64,000 nucleotides of DNA from positions 310,001-374,000 of the forward strand of contig OZ316893.1 in assembly GCA_973895155.1 (NCBI GenBank), in the 5' to 3' direction. The position numbers were made by a program, and so were the translations under genes. The stretch comes from Marsupella aquatica (taxonomy: Eukaryota; Plantae; Marchantiophyta). Positions 1 to 13,887 of the stretch are shown here, one piece after another (position 1 is the stretch's first letter; every line of letters begins with the position of its first letter). The notes beneath the pieces were generated by a model. It had not been told where the DNA came from and did not search any database. It was given only the letters and a program-made list of their open reading frames with translations.

Positions 1-117
1 GAGAACGAATCTCTGCTGGACCAGGTCCAGCTCCTCAAAGCGGACAATGACAGGCTTCGAAGGCAGCAGGATGGCCGTTCCCATTCGGGCGGCTCTGGCA
101 AGCGTGCCAGGCATTAG
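1..117 (+). CDS. 3' end of a coiled-coil ORF (ENESLLDQVQLLKADNDRLRRQQ...KRARH*), probably a retrotransposon accessory ORF
   Basis: Open frame from position 1 to TAG at 115-117 with heptad-like Leu spacing; lies about 1 kb upstream of the Gypsy gag. Confidence 0.45.
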   Translation, partial: ENESLLDQVQLLKADNDRLRRQQDGRSHSGGSGKRARH

Positions 118-1135
118 CGGCGGAGTAGGAATAGATTAGGATTAGGATTGGCTTAGTCAGGCTCTTGGGACAGGCACCTGCCTTAGGTACAGCAGCGCTG
201 CCCTGCTGTCCAGCCTGCGTAGATTAGGATCTTCTAATAAGACACAGCCGTTTTCCGGCCTGACTGTCAGCTTAGTTAGAACCTTAGTCAGCGAATCTTC
301 GGCGAGAGGACACCCCGTCCCTCGGCCCTTAGTATTTAGTGCACCCCTCGGTAGAGGCAGGGGGGTTTTTAGTTTCAGAGTCGGACATCCGCGGGATATG
401 CGGGGAGTCCCGACCTCTGGGAATGAAAGAGTACCAAGGGGAGGGGTAGGACTAAGCTCGCCGGGCGAGTGCGGAGCCGGGCTCCGTTGTAGTGTGCACC
501 CTCGGCCTTGAACCTGTTCATTCTAGGGCTGTCGGGTCAACTAAGTGTACGCATATGTTCCCTTTGTAGTAAAATCCTTTCCCATCATTTTCCTTCGTGT
601 AAATCGAGATTGTATGCATGTGTGCGCATATGTGTGTGGGTTTCTCGAATATGGGTGGCAGCGCCAGGCCGAACGCACTACCCGAGACGTGCACAGGGTG
701 CAGCCTGCGGGTAAGTGGTTGTGAGCACGGGTTGGGGACCTGTATCATCGAATCCGGATTGAAGGCGGACACCACAAAGGCTTAGAAGCCCTTAAGCCGG
801 GGTCGATCCTGCTATCGACTAAGGTACGTTCCGGCGGCGGAACACAAACCATACCTAGGAGGTGTCCGTATTTAGCAGTAGGCGCACTTAGCGCTAGTTT
901 ACGAGAATAAGGTGCATTACGTGCTTCCCTTCCTGCCCGAACCCTCAGATTTACGAGGGATGTGCCCGTCTACGCTGAAGTCTGAGTTAAGGCCGAAGCC
1001 TGTGACGTGACATAGCCTTTGTTTTGGCGCTAGATGGAGGGGGCACTCTACATATCGTAGAGGGGAGACATGTGCGTATTCACCTAGGCAGGATACATCA
1101 GGACGTAGTACTAACCATTGCATTTATATGAGTAA

Positions 1136-3036
1136 ATGCCCGTCACTCGTTCTCAAGCAGCTTACTTGAGGAGATTGACCAGCAAACGAGAAAGTGCAAC
1201 CACAACAAGCTCCGACTCGTCGGGCTCGGAGGACTCGCAATCGTCCCGATGTATGAACATACCCCTGGGACCTTCGGGGTCCGGTTCGACCGGCCCTGCT
1301 GCGGTTCCACCACCACCACCACCACCACCTATGGCAGCCGCTCCACCGGTGGCCCGCGCTGCTCAAGCGCCTCCACAAATATCGCAACGATCGCGATTTC
1401 ATTATCGACCTTTCAAAGGGCGTCATGGGGATGATCCGGATGAATGGTTGGATGAGTTTGAAGCCACTGCTAAAGCTAATGGGGAAGACGCCATTAAGCT
1501 AATCGTCCTCCCGGGAGTGATGCGGGGAGAAGCTCGTCCATGGTACAACTCGTTACCACCTGGGACTACCTGGGCACAATTCCAAGCTGCATTGCTGCAG
1601 GAGTTTCGTGCCATTGGATCAGAACAGCGTTCTCTATTAAAGATTGGCCAGCTTCGCATGGGAAAAAAAGAGTCCCTGCGGAAGTTCATTCAAAAGTTTC
1701 AGAAACTTGCGGCCAAGATCCGGCCCAGACCAGGAGACGCACTCCAGCTTACATGGTTCCTTCATGGTTTGCCCACGAATATGCAATTATGGGTACGCCA
1801 GAATAATCCAATTTCAATGTAGGCAGCCATAGCGTGCGCCAAAACTTACCGGGAGTCCACCTATAACTCCCGGTGGAACCAGCGAGCATGCCGCAGGAAG
1901 GGTAAGTACGAAACCTTCAGTGACAGTGACTCCGAATCGGACGACGAGAGGAAGAAGAAACGCAAGAAGAAGAAGAAACATCGTTCGACCTCGTCCAGCT
2001 CCGAGACGGAATCCAGTTCGGATTCAGCTTCAAGCATCGGATCCTCCACCTCCAGTTCATTAGAAGTGACTCAGAGAGCGAAAGCCGGAGCAAAAAGAAG
2101 AAGAAATGAGTGAAGAAGGAGGGGAAGATTAAACCCCGGGCGCGAAGAACGATACCAGATCCAAAGGCTGCCGAAGCAGACAAGCTGAACGAAATCACGG
2201 ATCGACTCAAAGCACTGTCAGTACATCTTGCGGAAAAGCCGGTGGAGAAGAAGAAGCCATCTGAGATTCGAGCCCATGCGTGGTGTTCAAAGTGCTTCCA
2301 ATCCGGCCATGTGGTGCAGGAATGCCCAAGGTGGAAGAACCGAGTTCACCAAGTAGAGCTGGATGATGTTGACAACCCGGGCCCCGAATCGGAGTCCATA
2401 GAGTATTTCTTTGAGGACCCTCCTGATTCCGTGTACCAGATTTCAACGGTAGGTCCGCGTAATTTAGCGAGTAGAACTGCGTACCCCTACCCAAGTAATG
2501 GCCGGAGTTTCCAGGTTATCAGTAACCCGAGCATCCCTCCTAAGCCAGGGATTTGGCGGTCCCCGGTTTGTTACAACTGTGAAAAGCCAGGACACTTTGC
2601 GAGGGAATGCACCAAACCAAGACGTCAGGGAGATGGCCGAGGCACCCCACTATGTCAAGTTTGCAAAACGGAGGCTCATTCCACGGCCAACTGTCCGTTG
2701 GTAATCGCTGCTCGAACGAGCACGGCTAGACCGGCCCAAGCTGGACCAGTCACGAGCGATGCAGTCGTCCAAATGATTGCTGTAGAATGGCAAGATGACA
2801 ACACTGAGTGGGTGAATCTGGTGGACGTGGCGGAACATCCTAATCCATTGGATGAGGCCGAGTGCTACCGAGTGTCGACAAGGGCCGAACGAAAGGAAGA
2901 AAAGACGGAGGAGAAACGAAGGAAAAAGCAAGATACTACTCCGGTGCAGCCAGCGATAAATATACCCCCGGAAAAGGATGATGACTACGACGGGACGACC
3001 CGAAGCTGTTCTTCCCCCGCATCGAAGAATTGGTAA
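1136..3036 (+). pseudogene. gag: Gypsy gag (capsid plus CCHC zinc knuckles)
   Basis: FKGRHGDDPDEWLDEF...ARPWY...TWAQFQAALLQEF capsid pattern; knuckles CSKCFQSGHVVQEC, CYNCEKPGHFAREC, CQVCKTEAHSTANC; stop at 1820-1822. Confidence 0.9.
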
Positions 3037-6000
3037 AGAAACAGCTGGAGGCTTACGAAGCTCGGGAATACCAGAAGGCAATCGATAAGGACATCAAAGC
3101 AGCCGAGACAGCCCGGCGACAGGAGCACGAAAAGCAAGATAAACAAGAGGAAGCCAAGCAGCAGCCAACGAAAGAAACAAAGGAGGACTATGATATTAAG
3201 GAGGACGTGAAGAGTTGCTCGGTTACAGCGACGGTGGGGCAACTACTACAGAACAACCCACAGTACAGACGACAACTGAGGGAGTTGCTCATGGGTCGCC
3301 GAAGGAGGAGACTACCCCGAGTTGGGAGTGCGGACTGCAACATGATATGCGAGGACCTTGGAGCACCGGACATCTCGATCGAAATTAATAACTGTACCAT
3401 CAAGATGGTTCTTGTAGACGGAGGAGCGGGAGTCAACATCATGACTGAAGAAATATCAGTCAAGTTAGGATACCTCACGTATCAACCCACGGCCCGAGCT
3501 ATCAGATTAGCAAACGGGGCAAGGGTCCTCCCATTAGGCACGCTCACACGAGTGCTCACTCTGGTGGGAGGGGTAGAGTTCTATCTCAACTTCTTAGTCA
3601 TGAGGCCGGTTCGTCCCTCCTCTTACCCGGTTCTTCTGGGCAGGCCGTGGTTGTACGGTGGCCGCGTAGTCACGGATTGGGGAAAGAAGGAGCTACGGTT
3701 CGGGGAACCCACCGTACGGGTATCCTGGGCAATGGACGATTATCAGGGAGAAACCCCACAAGGACCCGAGGAATATGATTCGGAGACCTCGGAGGAAGAG
3801 GAACTCAATATGATTGAACTCATCTCGTCCCTATCCGAGGAAGATGTCTTCGGAGTTGAAGCAACCCGAGAAACACATCTCCTAAATTACCTGAGGGCTG
3901 CCATTGTGTCCACCCCAAGCACATCTACTGTCGGGGATGAGGAAACGCACGAACAACTCGTCGAGACGGAGGACACGGCTCCAGCTAAGCAGGGAGCCGA
4001 GGCTACTCCTTCCATTTCAGAGCCTCGTAACCATGAACCAGCCCAACAACCGCCTGAAGCCGAAAACTCGAGACCGAGACATAAAAAGCGAGTCTCATGG
4101 GATCCGTCCATTCCGCAATTGGAGGAAGTAAACCCCATCCCGAGACCAATCCCAGTCCCACCCATGTACGGAGGAGTTCGGTTAGCTGAGCTTGACGCGA
4201 GCCTGGACCCGAGTCTGCAAAACCAGGTTGAAGTCATCAGGAAGGAGCACTACCGGAAGTACACTATTGGGATGGACAAATCTTTTAACCTGGGCCACGC
4301 TCTGACGGGGAAAGCTGAAAAATCCATCCAAGCTTTGCTCAAGGAATATGAAGATGTGTTTGCATGGAGTCATCATGATTTAACAGGCGTCTCCCCCGAG
4401 TTGGGAGAACACACGATCGATCTGAACCTAGGAGCCCATGCGGTACGACAGCGACAACGTCGCATGAATCCGAGGTACTCCATTTTAGTGAAGGAGAAAA
4501 TTGATCGTCTCCTCGCCGCCGATATCATTTACCCGGTAATGGCCAGCGACTGGGTCTCTCCCATTGTCATTGTACCAAAGAAAGGGGGTACGGATGGAAA
4601 ACCTAAGATTCGTATCTGTCAGGACTACCGTAAGCTGAATGACGCAACCCGAAAAGACCATTACCCATTACCATTCACGGATATGGTTCTAGATATGGTG
4701 GCCCGAAATGAAATCTATACATTTCTTGACGGGTATTCAAGGTTATAACCAAATCTGGATTCGTCTCGCGGATCAGCTCAAAACAACTTTCACTACGGAG
4801 TGGGGGACGTTCGCATTTCGGAGGATGCCTTTTGGTCTGTGTAACGCCCCGGCCATGTTTCAGCGCCTTATGATGAATATCTTCCATGATTTCCTACGGG
4901 AATTTTTGGAGATATTTATCGATGACTTTGCCATCTTCGGAACCGTTGCCATGCACCCCGAACACCTACGACGAACGTTGCAACGATGCCGAGATGTTAA
5001 CCTCAAACTACATCCCGCCAAATGCTTCTTCGGGGTAGAGGAGGGGGTGTTACTCGGGCATCGTGTGTCCAAACGGGGCATTGAGGTGGACCAAGAGAAA
5101 GTTGCGGCCTGGATGGCGGTGGTGTTCCCCTTGGATCAAAAAGCAGTACGATCCTTCTTGGGCTGCGTAGGGTATTACCGCCGGTTCATTAAAGACTTTG
5201 CTAAAATTGCGTTGCCCTTAACTGAGATGATGAAGAAGGACGCAGTGGTCGAGGAGACACCCCGAAGACGGATTGCTTTTGAGGAACTCCATAAACGACT
5301 CACCACCGCGCCTATCATGGTCACCCCAGACTGGAATAAGGAGTTCCACGTGTATGTCGATGTGTCAGGGTTCTGTATCGGATCCGTACTTAGTCAGCTA
5401 GATGAGGATGGACGTGATCACCCCATCTATTTCGCTAGCCGTCAACTATTTGCAGCCGAAAAGAATTATTCCCCCACTGATCGAGAAGCTTTGGGAATAA
5501 TCTACTCGTGTAAAAAGTTCCGACACTATCTGCTAGGCTACAAGGTCATTTTCCACACGGATCATGATAGCCTAAAGTACATGGTCAACAAAGCGGATGT
5601 GACAGGATGGATAGCCCGGTGGGTGCTACTTCTCCAGGAATTTAATTACGAAGTTCGGGTTTGGCCAGGAAGGGTACACCTCAATGCCGATTTCTTTTCA
5701 CGACTGGACGGCGTACCAGTCGATCAACCAATTGATGATATTTTTTCCGGATGAGGAGTTGTTCCACGTGGGGGAAGGGACACCAACGTGGTACGGCTCA
5801 ATAATCACCTTCCTTTTAACGGGCCGCATCCCTGACGGCATCAATCAGGAGGCCGCCGCTGTGTTTTTACGGAAAGCCGGGCCTTACGTCATGATACAGG
5901 GTCACCTACATAAGGAAGGTATTAATGGAAAGTTAGACGCTGCTTAGAGTATAAGGAGACACTTATCGTGATACGGGCCCTGCATGAAGAAGAAGCTGGA

Positions 6001-7127
6001 GGCCATTTTGCGGTAGTTACAACAGCCCGAAAGATTCTGGACTCGGGGTATTGGTGGCCTACGTTGCATCGGGATGTACAGCGCTTCATTAAGGGCTGTG
6101 ACTTGTGTCAGCGAGCGGGGGCCCCGAGGTGGGCTCATCATCACCCGCTCACATCTGTGCTTCCATTGGCACCATTCGAAAAATGGGGAATTGATTATAT
6201 CGGGCCGTTCACTCCCATTACCCGAAGGCGAAGGTGCAGATACATCCTATTAGCTATTGATTACTCCACCAAATGGGTCGAAGCGCGGGCTACGGTAAAG
6301 GACGACGCCGCAACCAGTGCCAGATTCTTATACGAACAGATTTTCACCCGATTCGGACCGCCCTTGGAATTGGTAAGCGACCGTGGAACCCACTTCCTCA
6401 ATGACACCGTAGCCCAGCTTACGGAGTGTTACCTAGTCAAGCACCGCAAAACTACCCCGTATCATCCTAAAGCCAACGGGATGGCGGAGAGAGCAAATGG
6501 TATCATTGGGAAGATCCTCAACAAACTGTAGCTGCGCACAAAACGGATTGGGATGATAAGTTGTACGCAGCGGTGTACTCATATAATCTAGCTTACAAAA
6601 CTACTACGAGTCACAGCCCGTACTTTCTTGTGTTCGGCCAACATTCGTTGGTGCCCGTCAAATTTGAGGTGCACACTCCACGGGTCAGCATTCGGGATCG
6701 CTTACCTGAATCTGAAAGTCTGTCAGACCGAGCTTATCAGATTGAAGCCTTGGAAGAAGCACGGCTACTGGCAGCTCGACACACCGTGAAGAAACAGGCA
6801 ACTTCGAAGAAGCAGCACGACAAAGGACTACGGAGGGTCGACGTCGTGGCAGGCGGTCTAGTCCTTCTGTACGATAGTAGGTACATGCAGTTTCCAGGGA
6901 AGCTGCATACCCGGTGGTTGGGGCCCTTCCTTGTCAATCAGATCTACCGAAACGGATCTTTGGAGCTTGCGACGTATGCCGGCGATTTACTCCCCACGCG
7001 AATCAGCTACGATCGTGTAAAAAAGTACCACCATCAAGATGACGACGCCGATAGCGATGTTCGCGAGGGCGCTTCACAATTAAGCAGGGAGCTATGTGAC
7101 GCCGCCGGTACGGCGGTTAATGAGTGA
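3030..7127 (+). pseudogene. pol: Gypsy pol (protease, RT, RNase H, integrase)
   Basis: LVDGGA and LLGRPWL protease; SPIVIVPKK, CQDYRKLN, MPFGLCNAP, FIDDF RT; VYVDVSG, EALGII, HTDH RNase H; HEEEAGGH..CDLCQ, WGIDYIGP, VSDRGTHF, NGMAER integrase; GPF motif; no chromodomain seen. Confidence 0.95.
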
Positions 7128-7317
7128 TTCAGTCTAACTGCGCTCGGCACGCGCGTTAGGTGGGTCTTAGGCCGCTATTATTAGCATAACGACAGTATTT
7201 AGGTAATCATTAGGGGTAGGACATCATTAGGCAATAAGGGGGACTTCAGGTTCGGGCTGGCGGCGGGTCGCTATTCGCACACCCGGGTTACGAGCGTGGA
7301 AGGGCCCCTCCCTCGGG

Positions 7318-10300
7318 TGCACTTGCCATACAAACAGTACATCTCATACACAAGTTCTGCGAACTAAGCCGTGAGGCCAACTCTATTCAGCTCTTAGGCA
7401 TGAGGAAACATGAATATACACAAGGGTCACTGTATGACTAACCGAGAGCTTCTCGTACTACTTGATCCCAGCCCGGCTGGTGCAAACTAAAAACTTGCTA
7501 AAGAAGAGGCCCTGAGCTCCCCGCTGCCCAGGTACTTATCCTGGTAGTGGATCCGCCATTCTTTGCATCGTAAGCCTAATCTACCTGACAGTAATCTACT
7601 TGCCCGAATCTACCTATGTACAGCAAGGCAGGAGCACAAGTGTTGCTCCTACCAGTGGGACCGCAATCCCACTAAGCTAAGTGTCAGGGCCGCTCCTGGT
7701 TCTGATCCTAATCCTAAACGTGGAGATCCGCGCCCGCCCTGCCCACTCACGCCTCCTCCCTCCACGTCCGCCCTCCCTAAAAGGAACGGCGCCCTTGCAC
7801 CGTCACGACACCGGTGGTGGATCCTTAATGGACGCCCCCAACGCTTCCTCCTCAGCCACTGCCGTAGGCTCATTCCCTGACAGATTACCTGCCCTTGACT
7901 GAGTCAACTCTCCATCGGCCTGACTGGGTCCACCATCGGCGTCGGCATCGGCTCGAGAATCGGTTACGGCCTCAGCCTCGGCTACGGTCTCCCCGGCCTG
8001 CTCAAGAGGCGGATCTGGAATACCGGCCTCCTTACTGAGTAGTTCGGCTTGGGCCGCACCACCCCCACCTGTGATCATAGCGGGATCTATTGCCGTATTC
8101 ATGTCGGAGGATGGTGCTGGTTCTACCTCTTTGGTCACCACGGCTTGTGGAGTCGGATTACTCCTTGACCCTGAAGGTTTCCGCTTTTTCTTCTTTTCTG
8201 GTTCGGCAGCTGGTCCCTTCCCCTTCCCACTTACCTCCGGCACTGGTGCAGTTGGCGCGGCTTTTTCTTCGGCCAGTACCACTCCTGGTAACTTGGTTGC
8301 CCCAATTGGAGTTGGGCCTGATGAAGACAAGCACCTAAATACTGCGGCTTGTTTCTTCAGCCGCTCCGTTTGGTTGTCGGCCCGCCGCTGGAGGTTTCTC
8401 CATCTTCCTCGTGATTTCCTCCAACTCCTCCTGGGTCTCATCCAGGTCCTTGCGTGCCTCCTCTAGTTCCTTCTGGGCTTCCTCCCGTTCTTGTTTCAAG
8501 GTAGTCCTCTCCTCCTGGGTTGCTTTTAGCTCCTTGTCGAGCTCTGCAATGATGACAGACTCCATCTGGTTCATCTTGGCGTAAGTCTGTTCGAGCATCT
8601 CGTCCTTCTCCCTTAGGTCGGCCTTGAAGCTGGCCGTCAGGGACGCAAGCTCCTGCTGCAGCGCCATAATCCCTTGATAGGATTTCCCTAACTCGGCCTC
8701 CTTCTGCTCAAGGGCTCCGCGGATTTTCTCGAGCTCCCCTTTCAACGCCCATTCCTTTCTTTGGGTCTCCGCCATGGCCCGGCTGTTGGCTGTTATGTGG
8801 GCCTCCTCTGTATTCTTCAGCTCTTGCTTCCACTTCTCCCTCTCTTTGATCGTGTCGGCCAACTCTCCCTGCGTCTAAGTCAGTTTATCCTTGATATTCT
8901 GATTATCAGCCTGCGCGGTTTCCAACTGCCCCTGCATGATGTTCAGCTCATGTCGTTTAATCCGCAGTTCATCTTGGGCTTTCTTGGCCGCCCTTAGATC
9001 TTCAATCTCGGCTTCCATCCTCCTAAGCCGCCGAATGACCTCGTCCTTCTTGCTTCTCTCTAAAGCCACCGCTTCTTCTAATTGGTGCTTCTCCAACTGC
9101 TCCCTATGGAAAAAGGGTCCTACCTCCAACTCCTCTCCAAAGATGCCGAGCGCAAGTTCCCCACACATCTCACCATACTCCATGGCTCTATTCTTAGCGT
9201 AGGTGGAGTAAGTAGAAGTGATCGGCATCGCCCATCGCGGCCTCTGCTCCCAAGCCGTCCTGCGGATCTCTTCAATCATGGCTAGAGGTTTGCTTCCTTT
9301 TTTGGCTAGCCGCCTGATGTCCTCCGGCCAATCTCCTCCTGGTAAATCCTTTTCCTTAGCCAGGGCGGCCTCCTCCTCCTGCTTGATTCGCTCCTGAAAT
9401 TCCTGCACCGTCTGTTTTATGCCGTCGAAGCTCGGGGGAGCAACATCTGGCGGGGGAGACTCAGGGCTACTCTGCTGGTTGGGGTCCCCTCGCACTACCC
9501 TTGGAAGTGTGGGGACAAACCGGCCACAGGTCCTTACTCCTGGAACGTGATGGTCCGACCCATAGCCGGAATTATCATGGCTGCAGTCCTCCACTGCCTC
9601 CTCTACCTCTTGGACGTCCGGCTTCTCCCTCTCCTCTTCATCGGTAGGAGCTTCAGGCAATTCTGCCTCAGATTCGGAGCTTGAGGTTCCCACGTACATT
9701 CGAACACCTGGCTTGGATTTCGGCCTGATTCTCTCCTTGTCTCCAGCAAAGGGGTTTTCTCTTGTGAGCCGGTGTAGGCCTACCTCTGTAGTAGTGTCCT
9801 GCATTGTTGCCGTTGCCGTTGTTGTTGCCGATGCCGATTTCTTTTCTTTCTCCAGTAGTTTCAGCAGACTCTGCATGCCTGGTTGCTGCATCGGCAAGTC
9901 CTCCTTCCTGGGCCTAAACACCTGCTCGATCGTAGGACTAACAGGTGGTTGAGGCTTCTCAGCCAACGGCCTCGGCGTTGGAGCTTCCTCGGGTGCCCTT
10001 ACCTGCAGGGGAAGTACCAGGGCAAAAGTCTGACCTCTGGCATACCGGCACAACAGCGGCATGTGATAGCCAAGCCGCGACACGCTCCCCATGCCGATTA
10101 CCTGCTGCTCCTCCTTTAAGATCTTCTTCAATGGGTTGAGGAGGTACCCGTTGTAGTCCCGGCTTGGGTCTGGCCTTTCTGCCAGATAGACCTGTGCCTT
10201 GCCGATCTCTGCCCTCGGCAAGTTACAATGCATGGTCACCCGCAAGAAGTCGATCATCTCTCCTATGTGCGGGTTGGTGCAGGTGTTCCGGAAGAAGCCA

Positions 10301-11551
10301 TTCTTCGTTGATGGCCCGGGGAACGACCGGAACTCCTTGTCAGGCAAGGTCTTCCTGGTATCAACTTTGGTCTTATTGCCTATCGGCAAGCCAAACACTT
10401 CGGCAATTACCTTGGGAGTAAGATAGAAATCCTTCCCATATATCCTCGTGCAATTGGTCTCGGGTTCCCATGACCCCACGAATTCTAATAGGTCTGACTC
10501 CGGTACCTCCGGCTTCAGCCATGGTAATCTTACAAAGGCCTCCAAGCCGGATCCGGCCATGAAGCCTTGGTACTTCTTGGTCTGCATGGCCGTAAAGCAT
10601 GCATCCTCCTCCCGTGCAAAATGTAGTTGCACCTCCACCGGTAGGGTTGCCGCCCAGCCCTTCCAGGTGTCATCCCTGGTTGGAATGGCCTTGATGGGAT
10701 CGACCTCCTCCTCTTCGGCTTCTCCCTGCCTCCTGCTCTGCTGCTCGGCTGGCTTCTTTGGTGCCGCCGACCTCGTTCTTTTTGCCGGGGTGGCTTCATC
10801 GTTGACGGCTCCCTTCCTCTTCATCTCTGCTGCCGTGGAGGTTTCTCCTAGCACCGTTGCCTGGGTCCACCTTTCCGTGCTACCCTTTAATTCCCAGTGT
10901 ATGTCGTTGCAGTTCTTGATGGCCTCTCGGATGCCGACGACGCTGTCTTTGCAAAACAGAAGATCGTCGAGTTGATTGGAAGTAGGCGTCCACAGGAACT
11001 CGTCCTTGATGAGTTCGCCTCCTAAGAAAGCCGTCTTCTGCAGCTCCCACAATCGAGCGAGCTCCTGCCGTTCTCGAGCTGCCCTTTCTGATTCCTCGTC
11101 CTCGTAAGTCTTGATGTACTCAGTTGCCCGTTCGAACAGGCATCCCCAGAAATGTGCCGCTTGATTGACGTTGCTCATACCCTCCTTAGGTCGATCGTCG
11201 GTATCTACTCTCTCCCCGAGTGCTTGCCTAAGCAGCTGACAGTAGTTGGCCTCCCGTAGTCGTCTACCTAGTTCGTGCTCGCAAATGAGCCACCATCTCC
11301 TGCAAGCGCTCCTTACCCCTCTCCTCTGCCGGTCCTTCTTCCCGTTGATCCTTCCTAGCCGCCGACGCTTAACGCGCCCTAACCCTAATCGGGTTTTCAC
11401 CCTCAGCCTTACCTCCGGCCTCGGCCCGGGTTCCATGGTTGCCCCTAATTGTTTATATTTTCCTTGTTTTGTCCCTATACTAAGGTGTTCCTAGGGTGCC
11501 TTCCTGCTTTACCCACTTAACCGGCCGAGTGATTCCTGTCTAGGCATCACA
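7318..11551 (-). mobile_element. Family-1 TG...CA unit (putative giant LTR), copy A, missing ~430 bp of its 3' end
   Basis: Near-identical to 47405-51640; intact terminus ...GTCTAGGCATCACA at 11551 abutting Copia integrase. Confidence 0.9.
7803..11436 (-). pseudogene. Family-1 ORF (~1,200 codons): PMD/Transposase_32-like domain, acidic linker, long coiled coil
   Basis: ORFs 8875-11436, 8335-8862 and 7803-8441 join after fixing one CAG>TAG and one 1-bp insertion relative to the other copies; motif GLEAFVRLPW...LLEFVGSW...IYGKDFYLTPKVIAEVFGLP. Confidence 0.8.
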
Positions 11552-12481
11552 GGTCTGTATAAAAGGAGAGACGCAGCATGTAGGACTGCGTGTCCCCATG
11601 CAGTCGCTGGAAGAGAGGATTGCATTAATAAAGGTCGAGAGATCAGTTATATGCGTTTAACAAGTGACTCGGCCATAACCATTTTGAAAATGTACATATG
11701 GTACATTGTATTGTGAATCAATGCCGTTGATGAGACAAAATTCATCAAAAGTTTTTGATGTAAACTCTCCAGCTCCATCAGTCTTGAGGGTTCAAATTGG
11801 ATATTCTGGGAATTGAGCTCTTAGCCGTATAATGTGTGCCAGAATCCGAGAGAAAACGAGGTTCCGGGTTGATAATAGGGAAACCCTTGACCACTTGGAG
11901 CTTGTGTCTATGATGACCAGAAAATAGCGAAATGGGCCACTGGGAGGATCGATGGGTCCGCAAACATCTACATGAAGTCTCTCTAGAAATGCAGGTATGT
12001 GGTTTTCGGTTTTGGAATTGGAGGGAGCAGTAATCATCTTGCCCTGTGAGCAGGCAAGGCATGGTCCTTTGAATGCTCTAGGATGTACTTCTTTTGATAC
12101 TCCTTTAGAGTTATTGACAATTCTGTGGAACATGCTTGTTCCAGGATGTCCCAATCGTCTATGCCAGATCTCTGTGAGGTTCTGTGATTCAGTCTGAACA
12201 TGGTAGCATTGAGTTTGAGTTGCATAGTATCCTAAAGGGTAAGCTTGTAAAGTTTCTTTAACAAGTCTGCCTTTTGATGAGTGAGATACTATTTGTAGAA
12301 CTTCTCGTGAGTCTTGAATATCTGTTTGAATATGTAGGTTATTTGCTCTTATGTCTTTAAAACTAAGTAGATTTCTCGTTGCTTTGGGAGCATATATCGC
12401 AGATGTGATTTTAATAATTGTTCCTTCTGGGAGAACTACTGTGGCGTTGCCATGACCCTCCTCAATTTGATGTTGTCCCAT
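11552..12481 (-). pseudogene. Copia GAG-pre-integrase and integrase core fragment
   Basis: WHRRLGHPG, CLACSQGK, DVCGPIDPPSGPFRYF; frame continues past the stop at 11792 (DGAGEFTS...QNGMAE) until cut at 11552. Confidence 0.9.
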
Positions 12482-12535
12482 TATCGTTGTTATTTTCCTT
12501 TGTGAAAGGGTAATTCCATGGAAATATTTATTATC

Positions 12536-13701
12536 TCAAAGGATAGTATGGGTTGTACCACTGTCGACGATGCAGAAGTCCGGGTCCTCGATATTCAGTG
12601 ATGAATTCAGCATATGGATTTCTGGTATAATCTCGGGTGACTCTAAATAAGCCCCATGTGCTTCGAATTTTGATTCGTTCAAGCTCTTCTTATAAAGTAG
12701 AATGAGGTGGCTAGGTGCATGGCATACCTTCTGGGTGTGTCCTTTGGTTCCGCACCTGAAACATGTAATTGGGTTTTGTTGTTTATTGCTTAAGGAGGTT
12801 CGTTGTCGCTCCCGATTCGGTTGTTGGAAATCTGCTTTTCCACTCTTCCAGTTGCTCCTATTCGCATTGTTCATTCTTCCATGACCTCGTCCTCTGTAGT
12901 TGGAACTATATCCACCTCTTTGAGAGAAATTTCCTCTTCCTCTAATTGTTCCTCGGCCACGGTATGAACCTCTCCCCCTTAATGTTTGTCCATTAGAAGT
13001 TGTCATATATGTTTCTCCTCTCATATCCTGTGTGACTAAGTTGGTTTCAGTAATGGGTGGTACAGGAAGTGTCCCGGAGGTCTTTCCTTTGCATTATTCA
13101 TAAGGAGGATGGAATTTTGTTCTGCTAAAAGCACGTGGGCAATGAGCGCGGAGTATGTTGTAAAAGCCATATTCCTGTACTGGTTCGAAATCACCAAGTT
13201 AGTCGGGTGAAATGTAGCTAATGTCTTTTCAATTTGCTGTTTATCACTTACTGGTTCTCCACACATTTGGAGTTCATTTGAGATCCTAAACATCTCACTG
13301 TTGTATAAATCTACTGATTTGAAATCTTGGACTCTTAGAGTAACCCATGCCTGTAGAGCATTAGGCAGATTGATCGTAGTGATATGCTCGAATCTCGATT
13401 TCAATGCATCCCAGAGTAATCGAGGATTGTATACAGTCTTATACTGACGTTTCAGAGGATCTACTAAGTGATGTCGGAGTAGTACTAAGGCTTGTGCCTT
13501 GGTGTATTGGTCTACACCGACATCTGTGTGTATGGCCTCATCAATTCGTTTTGCAGTGAGATGGACCTCTACATCTATATACCAATCATTGTAATTCTTG
13601 CCATCAATCTGCAAGGCTGGGAATAGAAGTTTCTCAATGGAATTCGATGTCATCCTGAGATCAAAAATGTCTAATTGAGTTCCGAATTGTGGTGCGAACA
13701 A
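12536..13701 (-). pseudogene. gag: Copia gag and protease
   Basis: ORFs 13036-13701 and 12536-13024; RG-rich segment, zinc knuckle, DSG protease motif. Confidence 0.88.
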
Positions 13702-13873
13702 AATAATTCTATTGAATAAGGAATGCTATTGGTAATCATCCCTCATTGTTACTCGATGTTTTCTTAAAGAAAAAGGCATGCATCAGATGCCCAAAAGTTG
13801 ACAAATTCGATAACTGTCAAGTATAACTGCCTAAAGATTGAACGACCCCCTAAAAAATAAATTAAGAGCACAT

Positions 13874-13887
13874 TCGTGCTGATAACG
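13874..13887 (-). promoter_or_regulatory. Primer-binding site, Bianca-type (CGTTATCAGCACGA)
   Basis: Immediately follows the LTR end ...TTTGTAACA on the minus strand; complementary to the anticodon region of tRNA-Ile as recalled, not searched. Confidence 0.75.

Larger units (their letters stand above)
1136..7127 (+). mobile_element. Ty3/Gypsy LTR retrotransposon internal region (gag-PR-RT-RH-INT), degenerate, 3' LTR missing
   Basis: Domain order PR-RT-RH-INT; several stops and frameshifts; 3' flank joined at ~7317 to the interior of another element. Confidence 0.95.

Noticed and set aside
7233-7317. Polypurine tract and 3' LTR start of the first Gypsy
   Set aside because: AAGGGGGAC is not followed by TG, and no match to 1-1100 was seen
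10448-10975. Conserved 175-aa antisense ORF in all family-1 copies
   Set aside because: Shadow of the main ORF in near-identical copies; no independent coding signal
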